A DNA stretch of 53,530 bases from a virus (IMGVR_UViG_3300035670_000278:1-53530), one strand, 5' to 3'; numbered from the stretch's first letter, positions 38,636 through 47,414 are shown. Program-made: numbers and translations. The notes: generated by a model not told the origin, from the sequence alone.

Positions 38636-39094
38636 TTAAGACAGATATGCTGTCCCACCGAATGGTTGTGCCATAGTCAGTGTTATCTTATTAAGACTAT
38701 TATAATCTATTCCTGTTTCTAATATGTCCCCTGCGCTGTTTTTGACAGTCACATTTGGGTTATATCCCATATTATGGTTAATTTCAACATACCAGTACGA
38801 CCCAGCATCTTGAACTTGAGCTATTGAAAACGGATAGGTCAAAGTACTCGTGCTAAGCAAATAGTTTGTAGCTCCTGCCCAAGAGGCATCTGTAGGCTTT
38901 GGACCATAGAACCTTGTGGTATTTTTATCATAATAAAAATCGCCTTCAAAACCAAGGTTGTCTGCTGGAACACCGTTTCCATTTAGGATGGTTTTTCCAC
39001 GAGGTCCTTGTGGACCTGTAGTATTTATTACTACCTTATTTACTTGCTCTGTTACTACAACTGTAGGGTTATTATTATTATTTGTGATTGGCAT
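38636..39094 (-). CDS. Virion structural protein
   Basis: GPQGPRG...G.G.P...G..GDFY; HNMGY.P.V.V domain. Confidence 0.6.
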   Translation of the reverse strand: MPITNNNNNPTVVVTEQVNKVVINTTGPQGPRGKTILNGNGVPADNLGFEGDFYYDKNTTRFYGPKPTDASWAGATNYLLSTSTLTYPFSIAQVQDAGSYWYVEINHNMGYNPNVTVKNSAGDILETGIDYNSLNKITLTMAQPFGGTAYLS

Positions 39095-39441
39095 TATATT
39101 GTTACCGATCTGCTCAAAGTAATAAACCCTTCAAGCAATTTAATTTTATTTAAATTGCTATCCGTCAACATAAGGTCATATGAGGATTTAGGATAGAATA
39201 ACTTGTTAGTCTGTGTTGGAGTCATCTTAATGGTTAATTTACCATTTGGCTCATCTATAATTATTCCGCCTGCTGGTGATGTAAGGGTAAAGGCTAATTT
39301 ACTGCCGCCCTTTGTATCACGAACCTGCATTTTTGCGGAACAGTCTGTAAGATCAATAGGATCACCGTCGTTGTCTTTATATTCAACGGTAAATGTGAAG
39401 GTAGTGTTTTGATCCACTTCCCAATTTTTTTGTCCTGCCAT
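39094..39441 (-). CDS. Ig-like tail/baseplate adaptor protein
   Basis: PIDLT..SAKMQVR...YDL.L.......LLEG.I motif. Confidence 0.6.
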   Translation of the reverse strand: MAGQKNWEVDQNTTFTFTVEYKDNDGDPIDLTDCSAKMQVRDTKGGSKLAFTLTSPAGGIIIDEPNGKLTIKMTPTQTNKLFYPKSSYDLMLTDSNLNKIKLLEGFITLSRSVTI

Positions 39442-39515
39442 TTGCTAAAATCTCCTAAAATAGGAAAACTCCTATGCCCATTTTAGCATAGGAGTCATCC
39501 TAATTGATTATTAAA

Positions 39516-39746
39516 TTATGCGGCTGGTTTTGTAAACCCAAAGCTACTTTCGTTTGGATTTAGAGCCTTTAGAATAACTGGCAAGCATGCTGCGATACCA
39601 CCCTTAATTAAATCTCCTGGGTCAGTATTTCCAGTCATGTAAAGAGCAATGGCAGCACCAAGAAAATGGCGGCCATAGCTTGCTAACGCTGCTAGAATTT
39701 TTTCCTGCATTGTTACCTTTCCATCATTGTTTAGATCTTGTTTCAT
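39516..39746 (-). CDS. Putative holin
   Basis: 76 aa, two short hydrophobic helices, LKALNP...FG ending; AGGAGG SD. Confidence 0.5.
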   Translation of the reverse strand: MKQDLNNDGKVTMQEKILAALASYGRHFLGAAIALYMTGNTDPGDLIKGGIAACLPVILKALNPNESSFGFTKPAA

Positions 39747-39814
39747 AAGACCTCCTATTTCTGGGCACTGTGCCCAGGAATTTTAGGGTTGCCCCTAAAT
39801 CTATTATACGCCTA

Positions 39815-41749
39815 TTATGCGGAAATGTCTACAATCTCACAATTTCCGTCTGAAGTACAGGCTAATGTTTGTGTTCCGCTTGTTCCATCTTCTGTTTCAT
39901 AGAAGGATAAATCTTCCCATCGAATTGACGACGGCATCTTAGCAAGAAGTTCTAAGTATTCTGTTTCTGTAACTTCCTGATATGGAGCCTGCTTATATGA
40001 ATGATCTGAGTGTGGCAAGAACGAAATGCCTGATACCTCATCAAAATGTTTATACACCCAAGCACCTACTTCCATCCACTCGTCTTCTTTTACAGATACA
40101 GTGATAGATGGCTTATGCTCACACCATTCACGTTGATACACAAGCCATGTATTAAGATGATCAATTGCTGTAAGGTCATCACGAACAATTGCACCTTCTG
40201 GCGCTTTTACTGGAAATGAGAATACGTAAGTATCATTTGGCTTCATGAAGTCGTCTTCATATGGAATTCCGACCTCTTTTAAAAATACAGACAAAGGATC
40301 TTTCTTGTCGCCACGAACTGTGCGAATATAATATGGGGAATGCCATGGATGCATTCCTGAAGATACGCCAGTTAGCTGTGAAACAGTTCCTGATGGCTTA
40401 ACGCAGGTAATTGCAGCAGATTCATTGATTCCAATCTTTGCTGCCTCTTCCTTATTTGTTTCTCTGGCATAGCTTCTCATGTCGTTTAAGAATTGACCTA
40501 AGCCTTCCAAATCCTGCTTTCCAGACATAAACTCATGCCCAAACTGTCCAGTTATAGAAACGCCAAGCAGTCTTTCTTCTTCCGTGTTATCTTTCCAAAT
40601 TTTACGAAGATACTTGAAATCCGTGAGTGTTGATTGCCAAGTTCCAAGTATTGTTGCTAGGGCTATTTTCTTTTGTATGTCTTTTCTAGAGTCGTGCTCC
40701 CTGATGACAACTTCCGAAAGATTGCAAAATTGGTATGGACGAAGAATGATTTCAGAGCAAGGATTGGTACCATAATGAATATCAGGGTCCCTTCTACCAA
40801 ACTTAGCGGCTTGTGATTGTGCAGCCTTGACATTATATATACCTCTTTCTCCAGATTTTGAATCATATAGATTTTTCCACTCAGCAATAAACTGCTCCAT
40901 CTCTGGTTTACGTGAATATGCCACTGAGTTGTTTGAAAGTGCACGTTGTGCATTATTCTCCCACCAATTTCCTGACTTGGCCTGTGCCATTTCTATATCA
41001 TTAATATTAGAAAGTGAAATCATAGCGGAACGACGAACTCCACCAACTACTACAACTTCGCCAATTTTACACATAATGTCATGAGCCTCAATAGGCTTTA
41101 GTTGGCGACCTGCTGCTGCTTTAAACTTTGCAATTGTAAAATCAAAAAGATTTATTAATGGCTGAGGGCCTGAAGAACGACCTCCCATTGTTTTAAGACG
41201 TGCGCCTGCTGGGCGAAGTTTTGATACATCTATTGCTGGGACCTGTCCCGCCCAAAGCATTGCAAGAAGTTCACGGTAGGCTTTAGCCCACCCATTCTTT
41301 GAATCTTCAACTACGATAACGGTTGTTGATTTCTCAAATGATTCGGGCACGGCAGGAAGTTTATTAACATACTTGTATTCAACAGAAAATCCAACACCAG
41401 TTCCACACATTAAGATATACATTGTTTCATCAAATGATCGTGGATTATCAACTGGAACAAACGAGCAGTTGTATCCTGCAACATGGTCTCTGTCAAGAGC
41501 AGCACCTGCAGTCATTACTGCTCGCATCGAAGGCATTACGTTTCTATTATAAACAGCATCTTTAAGTTCTTCTATAAGTTCTGCAGCTGGCTCATAGTTA
41601 TATCTTGTAAATAGATGATCTAGCATAAATGCAAAATATCTATCTACTGTTTCACCCCATGTCTCACGACGGTTTTCATCAGATAACCATCTTGCATATC
41701 TTGATAAAGCAATAAAATTTTCGTAGGGGTTTTCAATAACTTTCGCCAT
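39815..41749 (-). CDS. nrdJ: Class II (adenosylcobalamin-dependent) ribonucleotide reductase
   Basis: SRYARW..RRETW, YNCSF, GGVRRSA, TNPCSEI, FCNLSE, CVKPSGTVS, C-terminal AC....C pair; monomeric RTPR size. Confidence 0.93.
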   Translation of the reverse strand: MAKVIENPYENFIALSRYARWLSDENRRETWGETVDRYFAFMLDHLFTRYNYEPAAELIEELKDAVYNRNVMPSMRAVMTAGAALDRDHVAGYNCSFVPVDNPRSFDETMYILMCGTGVGFSVEYKYVNKLPAVPESFEKSTTVIVVEDSKNGWAKAYRELLAMLWAGQVPAIDVSKLRPAGARLKTMGGRSSGPQPLINLFDFTIAKFKAAAGRQLKPIEAHDIMCKIGEVVVVGGVRRSAMISLSNINDIEMAQAKSGNWWENNAQRALSNNSVAYSRKPEMEQFIAEWKNLYDSKSGERGIYNVKAAQSQAAKFGRRDPDIHYGTNPCSEIILRPYQFCNLSEVVIREHDSRKDIQKKIALATILGTWQSTLTDFKYLRKIWKDNTEEERLLGVSITGQFGHEFMSGKQDLEGLGQFLNDMRSYARETNKEEAAKIGINESAAITCVKPSGTVSQLTGVSSGMHPWHSPYYIRTVRGDKKDPLSVFLKEVGIPYEDDFMKPNDTYVFSFPVKAPEGAIVRDDLTAIDHLNTWLVYQREWCEHKPSITVSVKEDEWMEVGAWVYKHFDEVSGISFLPHSDHSYKQAPYQEVTETEYLELLAKMPSSIRWEDLSFYETEDGTSGTQTLACTSDGNCEIVDISA

Positions 41750-41841
41750 TTTAGTGTAAAGCTCCTTCTCCGCCTTGCGGTTAATATAAAAAATGAATAG
41801 ATACCAATTCTACCAAACTTTAATTAGTGTGGGAAGGGGTT

Positions 41842-42837
41842 TTAAAATTTTTCTTCTAAATGCTTAAAGGCATTCTTAGTCAACTTAATCCAATTAAATT
41901 CTTCATGTATTTCAGTTGACTGAGCATAATAGTAGCCAGAATATGCTCTAAAGTTTTCAGTTACATCTAGCATTTGCTTTTCAAGATGTTCTTGATCTGG
42001 TTTAAACATTTGACCAACATGTGGATCTCCAACAGCTTTTGGCAAAGTCTCATTAGTAAGTGTAGACTTTAACTTTAGCGGACCTATATATTTTTCATAT
42101 TGAGCCCAGGGGTAGGTTGTTATTGTTGGCATTCCGCTTGCTAATCCTTGAAGCGGGATAAAACCAAAACCTTCTCCCCATGTAGGATAAACTAAACAAT
42201 GGTGGGTATGATAAAGATCTACGAGATTCTTTATATCAAAATCGTCTGTTATTACTGTTATATTAGAATACTTTTCATTTGGCATTATTACATTACCAAA
42301 TTTATCATAATATCTTAATGTATGAGAATTATGAGCTTTTATGGTTAATCTATATTTAGGATTATTGCCAAATAGCTTGGTAAAAGCATTAAGAACATTT
42401 TCGCCGCCTTTTCTTGGCGCAGGTTCTCCAACATGTAAAAATCTAAATGTATCTCCAACTACCCTACGGTACGGCTTCCAAATATCTTCTATACCATGTG
42501 GATATACTTTTATATCTTTTGTTACTCCATTATTTTTAAAAACTTCTGCATTCCAATTTGATGTAGCCCACACTTCATCGCAATCATTATTATACGAATT
42601 TACCCAATCTCTTCTCATCCCTGTAGATTCCCACGGAGTATAACCAATTTGATATTGATTTCTATGTAATTTAAAATGTTGAGGCTGTGTAAAATTTAAT
42701 TGTATTTGAGCTCTAGGGTCTGACCAACGAACTTCATGTCCTAATTTATGCAAAGAATTAACTATATTTTGTGCAGCATATCCAAATCCAACAGAAGGAT
42801 TTAACCCAGAACGGGGAACATACAAAGAAATACGCAT
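41842..42837 (-). CDS. Glycosyltransferase family 4 (GT-B)
   Basis: YTPWE, DEVW..S, PHG, FLHVG...RKG, VYPT.GEGFG.IPLQ.LASG.P; ATG 42837. Confidence 0.85.
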   Translation of the reverse strand: MRISLYVPRSGLNPSVGFGYAAQNIVNSLHKLGHEVRWSDPRAQIQLNFTQPQHFKLHRNQYQIGYTPWESTGMRRDWVNSYNNDCDEVWATSNWNAEVFKNNGVTKDIKVYPHGIEDIWKPYRRVVGDTFRFLHVGEPAPRKGGENVLNAFTKLFGNNPKYRLTIKAHNSHTLRYYDKFGNVIMPNEKYSNITVITDDFDIKNLVDLYHTHHCLVYPTWGEGFGFIPLQGLASGMPTITTYPWAQYEKYIGPLKLKSTLTNETLPKAVGDPHVGQMFKPDQEHLEKQMLDVTENFRAYSGYYYAQSTEIHEEFNWIKLTKNAFKHLEEKF

Positions 42838-42857
42838 TAAATTCCTAGTCAACTAAC

Positions 42858-42887
42858 TTGACAGTTGTTCACCGCCAATGCTATTAT
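42858..42887 (+). promoter_or_regulatory. SigA-type promoter
   Basis: TTGACA-N18-TATTAT (TGn-extended) before the GGAGGA SD of 42920. Confidence 0.6.
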
Positions 42888-42919
42888 TATAGTTCGTTAT
42901 CTCTATAGGAGGAATACCC

Positions 42920-43492
42920 ATGGAGAATATCAAACAACGTTTGAGCGAAGTTGCTCATAGTTGGACATCTATAGGAATGATAACATTATTTCTATTTGGA
43001 GTCCAGCCCCAAGCAATAGAAGTTCAAGCAAATGCTGTGCAGCCAGAAATAGCTGTAGAGCAAGTAGTACTACCAAAACAACTGAAAAGAGAAACGCTGG
43101 AAAAATTCAGCAACACTGTATACAAGCCTTCGGAGACACTTACAGATAAAGAACTTAAAGAGTTATTAAAAGCTGTAGGTTTTGAAGGAAAAGCCCTTAA
43201 AACGGCTTGGGCTGTTGCTAAGGCAGAGTCTAATGGTAGACCGATGGCTTACAACGGTAACAGGAATACTGGAGACAGTTCCTACGGAATTTTTCAGATT
43301 AATATGTTGGGAAAACTCGGCATTGATCGAAAAGAGAAATTCGAACTGCGATCAAATATACTTTTATTTGATCCTGTTATAAACGCAGAGATAACGTATT
43401 ACATGACTCAAGGCGGAAATGACTGGAGCTCATGGACATCCATTAGGAGTGGAGCCACCCAAAGATGGTTGGCAAAATTCCCTGAACAGTAA
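42920..43492 (+). CDS. Lysozyme-like/lytic transglycosylase with N-terminal signal or anchor
   Basis: AWAVAKAES.G...A.N......SYGIFQIN...L.DP..NA......G..W..W. Confidence 0.8.
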   Translation: MENIKQRLSEVAHSWTSIGMITLFLFGVQPQAIEVQANAVQPEIAVEQVVLPKQLKRETLEKFSNTVYKPSETLTDKELKELLKAVGFEGKALKTAWAVAKAESNGRPMAYNGNRNTGDSSYGIFQINMLGKLGIDRKEKFELRSNILLFDPVINAEITYYMTQGGNDWSSWTSIRSGATQRWLAKFPEQ

Positions 43493-43507
43493 GAATGGAG
43501 AAAGTCA

Positions 43508-43720
43508 TTGAAGATACAAATAGTATCTAAATATTTGGCTTTAGCAGAAGAGGGCCTTGTTCCTGGAATATTATGTCCAGTAGATCAAGGCCTTCTAATG
43601 CCTAATTTAGATTTAAATGATACAATTTACCTATATTGCTTATCTTGCAATTATAAGAACAGTATGGGATTAGAAGTTTATGACGGAATTGAAAAAGCAG
43701 TCAGAAAACATACAAACTGA
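43508..43720 (+). CDS. Small Zn-ribbon-like protein
   Basis: CPVD...YCLSC; TTG start after GGAG. Confidence 0.6.
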   Translation: MKIQIVSKYLALAEEGLVPGILCPVDQGLLMPNLDLNDTIYLYCLSCNYKNSMGLEVYDGIEKAVRKHTN

Positions 43721-43796
43721 CGGCGAAAGAATAAAAGAAACAGACCAAATGGGTCGTGAAAAATTTTGGGAAGATATTGGAAGACCAAATGACTGA
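43680..43796 (+). CDS. Possible 38-aa hypothetical protein
   Basis: MTELKKQ...MGREKFWEDIGRPND; overlaps both neighbours. Confidence 0.35.
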   Translation: MTELKKQSENIQTDGERIKETDQMGREKFWEDIGRPND

Positions 43797-43992
43797 ACAA
43801 AATCAAAATTTAGAAGATAACCTAGATATGGTTAATTATATTATGCTACATCGTATATATGACCTACTTACACTTATTGCAAATAAATTGGTGGGGCCAG
43901 AAGATACATCCAAACTTATAGAATATCATGATCAAGGATTTTTATTGGGCCCCACCCCATCATATACACCACAAGAATCTGAAGAAAAGTAG
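43789..43992 (+). CDS. Hypothetical protein
   Basis: ATG 43789 (MTEQNQ...YIMLHRIYD). Confidence 0.65.
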   Translation: MTEQNQNLEDNLDMVNYIMLHRIYDLLTLIANKLVGPEDTSKLIEYHDQGFLLGPTPSYTPQESEEK

Positions 43993-44027
43993 TTGACTTA
44001 AAAAATTTCATATGTGATAATAATGTT

Positions 44028-44125
44028 GCGCTGGTTGTAGCATCCCACCACTTTTGCTCCCAGCGTTTGTGCTTCGGCGCAGCAAGACCCATTCGGATCC
44101 GCCTCTGAATGGGTTTTGTCCTTTT
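44028..44125 (+). ncRNA. Candidate small structured RNA
   Basis: TTGACT-N17-GATAAT promoter 6 nt upstream; three stems including a cUUCGg tetraloop and a 15-bp terminator-like stem. Confidence 0.55.
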
Positions 44126-44143
44126 TGGAGGTATAATAAGATA

Positions 44144-44416
44144 ATGCAGTTAAAACATAAATTATTAACTCTAAACTCTACGCCTCAAAATCTGGTTACG
44201 AGAGAAGACGTACATTCCTTAAATACCTTATCTGTACAAAACATAATGACTGCGGGTTATGCATATTTGGGAAACGAAAATGTCAGTACTTCAAATTATG
44301 GACATAAGCTTTATCCTGGACAATCTTTTACAATAGAATTAGCCTGGTCTGATAATCTATACGCAATAGGAGATAGCGGAGTTCAGGTTGCTATATTAGA
44401 AATAGATAGACGATGA
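44144..44416 (+). CDS. Hypothetical protein (leaderless)
   Basis: TATAAT-N6-ATG at 44144; track start 44054 lies inside the structured RNA. Confidence 0.65.
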   Translation: MQLKHKLLTLNSTPQNLVTREDVHSLNTLSVQNIMTAGYAYLGNENVSTSNYGHKLYPGQSFTIELAWSDNLYAIGDSGVQVAILEIDRR

Positions 44417-44853
44417 CAAGCATTTCAATAACCCCTCCTACAACTATTGAAGATACCTGGCAAATTCAAGGCGGGACAATAGGAGGAACCCAACCTACAT
44501 TTAATGGATCTCCTCTATTCTCTGGTACATATATAAAAGTAGGAAATTTAGTACATTTCGAAATTCAAGTAGATATGGATAATATTACATCATTTGGAAC
44601 TGGTCAGTATTATATGACTCTTCCATTTCCTGCCCGTGTTGGATATAACTTTAAAGATGGCTGTTTGCACCATGTCAGCGAAAATAGAACATTTCATATC
44701 TCTGGACATGTATATGCTGGAAGCAATCAACTAACTCTATGGAGTGCTGATAAAGTTTCTAGTGGAGTTGAAGATACACCATTTACAGCTACATTTCCAC
44801 ATGCCATTACTACCGCTGACAACTTTCATATAGCTGGTACATATATAGTCTGA
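44413..44853 (+). CDS. Beta-rich protein resembling fibre C-terminal domains
   Basis: G.YIKVG.LVHF.I.......FGTGQYY.TLPF. Confidence 0.6.
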   Translation: MTSISITPPTTIEDTWQIQGGTIGGTQPTFNGSPLFSGTYIKVGNLVHFEIQVDMDNITSFGTGQYYMTLPFPARVGYNFKDGCLHHVSENRTFHISGHVYAGSNQLTLWSADKVSSGVEDTPFTATFPHAITTADNFHIAGTYIV

Positions 44854-44924
44854 GCCTCCTGTCAGGATTGAACTGACGGCCTTCCGCTTACAAGGCGGAT
44901 GCTATACCACTTAGCTAAGGAGGC
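44853..44924 (-). tRNA. tRNA-Thr (anticodon UGU), CCA not encoded
   Basis: GCCTCCT acceptor stem, AGTGGTA D-loop, TCCGC-CTTGTAA-GCGGA anticodon arm, GTTCAATC T-loop. Confidence 0.93.
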
Positions 44925-44929
44925 GGAAA

Positions 44930-45346
44930 TTAAGAAATATAATCTAATAAATTATTTATCTTAACAGCATCATCTTTTAATAATCCTAAAGCTGTATTAC
45001 ATTGACTACATAGTAGTCCTCTTACACATTTCCCACAAGAATAGGATCCTGGGCAGCATAAATGATCATGATCAATATTGATTGCATCTCTATCTTTACA
45101 AGAATGGCACTTTCCATCATGCAGAGCAAGCATGCTGTTATATTTATCTTCCGTTAGGCCATGACGTTTAAATTTTCTTTTAGGGCTATCCTTAGTTCTT
45201 TTATGAGGATTAGATTTTGTATACTGAACAACATAATTTGAATGACATTTTTTGCAGTAATTTCTTCTACCATCAGAGTATTTGCTGCCTTTAGCAAACA
45301 TTTCTATATTTTTAATAATGCCACATTTTATACATTTTTTATCCAT
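44930..45346 (-). CDS. Endonuclease VII-like HNH nuclease
   Basis: CxxC...CxxC N-terminus; IDHDH...VRGLLCSQCNTALG. Confidence 0.85.
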   Translation of the reverse strand: MDKKCIKCGIIKNIEMFAKGSKYSDGRRNYCKKCHSNYVVQYTKSNPHKRTKDSPKRKFKRHGLTEDKYNSMLALHDGKCHSCKDRDAINIDHDHLCCPGSYSCGKCVRGLLCSQCNTALGLLKDDAVKINNLLDYIS

Positions 45347-45424
45347 AGCTCAATATTAACATATACTGAGCTACTAGTCAATTAAAAGTGCGCCCGAAAA
45401 TTGCGGCGGCGGTAGAAGAGAAAC

Positions 45425-45493
45425 CTAAATCCAATATCCCATTAACACAATAATACCCATAACAATAAATAAACTAGATATATACAATATCAT
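45425..45493 (-). CDS. Possible 22-aa membrane peptide
   Basis: MILYISSLFIVMGIIVLMGYWI; ATGA overlap with the HNH stop. Confidence 0.4.
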   Translation of the reverse strand: MILYISSLFIVMGIIVLMGYWI

Positions 45494-45783
45494 GATGCCT
45501 TCTTATTTCCCTTAATAGTCTTTCTCATATGTGTTCTATATCGATGACAATTAGAACAAACTATCTCACATTTAGCAATTTCTTCATCTATCTTTTTCTT
45601 GGACAGAGTAGGGATCAATTCCATTACATTTTTATGCTTTTTACCACGGACGTGGTCAAAGTCCATCACATAATATGGATATTTGATCCCACAGTCCAAA
45701 CAAGGAGTCTTCTCCTTAAGATCTCGTATGTATTGCGCCAAATAAGCCTTCTGCTTGGCAATAGAGACCTTTTCAGTCTTCAT
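45490..45783 (-). CDS. HNH endonuclease
   Basis: CLDCG...MDFDHV...EEIAKCEIVCSNCHR.RT. Confidence 0.85.
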   Translation of the reverse strand: MKTEKVSIAKQKAYLAQYIRDLKEKTPCLDCGIKYPYYVMDFDHVRGKKHKNVMELIPTLSKKKIDEEIAKCEIVCSNCHRYRTHMRKTIKGNKKAS

Positions 45784-45858
45784 CTATGATAATACCTACA
45801 AAGAAGCATCATATGGCTTAATTATAGCAAGGAGAATTTTTTAATTACCCGCCCAAAA

Positions 45859-46200
45859 TTATTTTGATAAATATGCGATAGCTTTATTAAGTAAATCTAT
45901 GTCATCTCTAAACTGACCTAAACCAATATTACATGAATTACATAACCAAGATCTAAACTCACCAGTTTCCCAGTTATGGTCTAAGTACCATTTTGGTGAA
46001 GTTTTGTTACAAATAGGACATAGGTATCCATCTTCTGGATATGGAAATTGTTTTTTTAGTTGACTAGTTATTTTTTGAGATTCACCTTGACATAATTTGC
46101 AAACAGATTTGTAATGAATCTTTTTCAAGCTTGTTACAGCAATGACCATTTCTGATAATGGTTTTTCTATTTTACATACTCGACATGTTTTCATTTGCAT
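45859..46200 (-). CDS. Endonuclease VII-like HNH nuclease
   Basis: CPIC...LDHNW.TG.FR.WLCNSCNIGLG.F.D; real start may be ATG 46194. Confidence 0.82.
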   Translation of the reverse strand: MQMKTCRVCKIEKPLSEMVIAVTSLKKIHYKSVCKLCQGESQKITSQLKKQFPYPEDGYLCPICNKTSPKWYLDHNWETGEFRSWLCNSCNIGLGQFRDDIDLLNKAIAYLSK

Positions 46201-46298
46201 ACCTTATAGTGATTGTATAGTGTCATATGGGCAAAGTCAGATCTACTTTCGATCTCCTGCCCACATTTATCACAAATTATTATCCGATTAGCCGCCAT
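46191..46298 (-). CDS. 35-aa Zn-finger-like peptide (leaderless)
   Basis: MAANRIIICDKCGQEI...LYNHYKVCK; TATAAT-N6-ATG; ATGA overlap with 46194. Confidence 0.55.
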   Translation of the reverse strand: MAANRIIICDKCGQEIESRSDFAHMTLYNHYKVCK

Positions 46299-46507
46299 AT
46301 ATTTATTATATATTATCCAATTATTCTAGTCAACTGCTTTATTACATAGATATCATATAGATATATATTGATATCTGGGTATTTAGATTTTTTAGCAAAG
46401 CCCCCCTTTCCCCCCATTGAAAAATATTCTACAATGTTGGGAAAAGAGGAAAGCTGACATCTGGTACATTTGAGTTCCTTAGTGTAAGCCCCCCACAAAC
46501 CATGACA

Positions 46508-46537
46508 AGTATAACATCTAAGATTTTCTGTAGTCAA
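46508..46537 (-). promoter_or_regulatory. Leftward SigA-type promoter
   Basis: TTGACT-N18-TATACT with TG extension. Confidence 0.6.
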
Positions 46538-46802
46538 GACATTACGAAAACTTTTTTAAAATCGCAGAATTTTTGATCAACTAAAAATCAAGTTTTCTAA
46601 AATGTTAATATATTTTTTATTTGTATGATGCGGGGTTTGGCAATGTCCGATTTGTCTAATTAGTGCGCCCATATGTGACTTAACTCACAGAAAAAAGTAT
46701 GTGACGCTCCTCACAATGTCCTAGTATGTCCGAATTGTCCCCTTGAAAATGTCAGTGGTCTATGATTGAATTAAGGTATTAGATAAAAGAAAGGTTCAAC
46801 AG

Positions 46803-46919
46803 ATGAACACTATATATGAATCAAGAAACGACTACATGATAGTAGACCCTAACGACTACATCACCTGCCCAGTATGGGGCTTTCAAGTTTACAAGTCTCA
46901 CGATTGCTCAAAGCACTAA
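46803..46919 (+). CDS. 38-aa early hypothetical protein
   Basis: GAAAGG SD; MNTIYESR...CPVWG...HDCSKH. Confidence 0.6.
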   Translation: MNTIYESRNDYMIVDPNDYITCPVWGFQVYKSHDCSKH

Positions 46920-46935
46920 CGAAAGGAGCATATAA

Positions 46936-47100
46936 ATGCTAACTCAAAAAACATTAGATAAAATCGTCTATGAATATCAACATGGAGGTGTTCAAGGTAA
47001 TCACCCTGAACTAACCGCATATGAGCGTAAGGCTCTTCTAAAGTATCTCTTTAGACTTCCCGCTCATTGCTCTACATGTGAGCAAGGTCACACACACTAA
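46936..47100 (+). CDS. 54-aa early hypothetical protein
   Basis: GAAAGGAG SD; MLTQKTLDKIVYEYQHGG... Confidence 0.65.
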   Translation: MLTQKTLDKIVYEYQHGGVQGNHPELTAYERKALLKYLFRLPAHCSTCEQGHTH

Positions 47101-47168
47101 GCGTGTGTCTGACTTGAAAATGTCGGTGGCATAGTGTAGCCTAAAGGCATAACAATTAAATAAGGGTA

Positions 47169-47213
47169 TGAGCCTAGCAAATAAACCGCCTAGCGGGTGA
47201 GCCTAGCAAATAA
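47169..47213 (+). repeat. 16-bp direct repeat TGAGCCTAGCAAATAA x2 around a hairpin
   Basis: Copies at 47169-84 and 47198-213, in a 5' leader. Confidence 0.9.
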
Positions 47214-47249
47214 GACCCACTAACTACTAAACGAATAGGAAATAAATAA

Positions 47250-47414
47250 ATGAAAATCACTTACTCAGTATGGCAAGGCTCTATCATCAAGGGCACAGGA
47301 TTTACCGCTAGCACAATGAAAGAAGTTATTAAAACAATAGATGAACTAAATGAGGGCGGATTAAAGCCTAAGTTTGAGGCGTTTATCTCTAAGGTAGAAC
47401 AGGAAGTAAAATAA
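47250..47414 (+). CDS. 54-aa early hypothetical protein
   Basis: AGGA SD; MKITYSVWQG... Confidence 0.65.
   Translation: MKITYSVWQGSIIKGTGFTASTMKEVIKTIDELNEGGLKPKFEAFISKVEQEVK

Noticed and set aside
39815-41749. Intein or intron in nrdJ; NrdR box or cobalamin riboswitch upstream
   Set aside because: Continuous 644-aa ORF of normal size; the short upstream gap shows no recognisable element.
929-42643. Many short antisense or alternate-frame ORFs in the track (e.g. 929..1213, 10086..10445, 16636..17028, 30713..31021, 42341..42643)
   Set aside because: Fully nested in confident genes, with no RBS and shadow-like composition.
46313-46537. 74-aa minus-strand ORF
   Set aside because: It starts on the TTG of a -35 hexamer, has no SD and runs through a promoter and an RNA-like hairpin.
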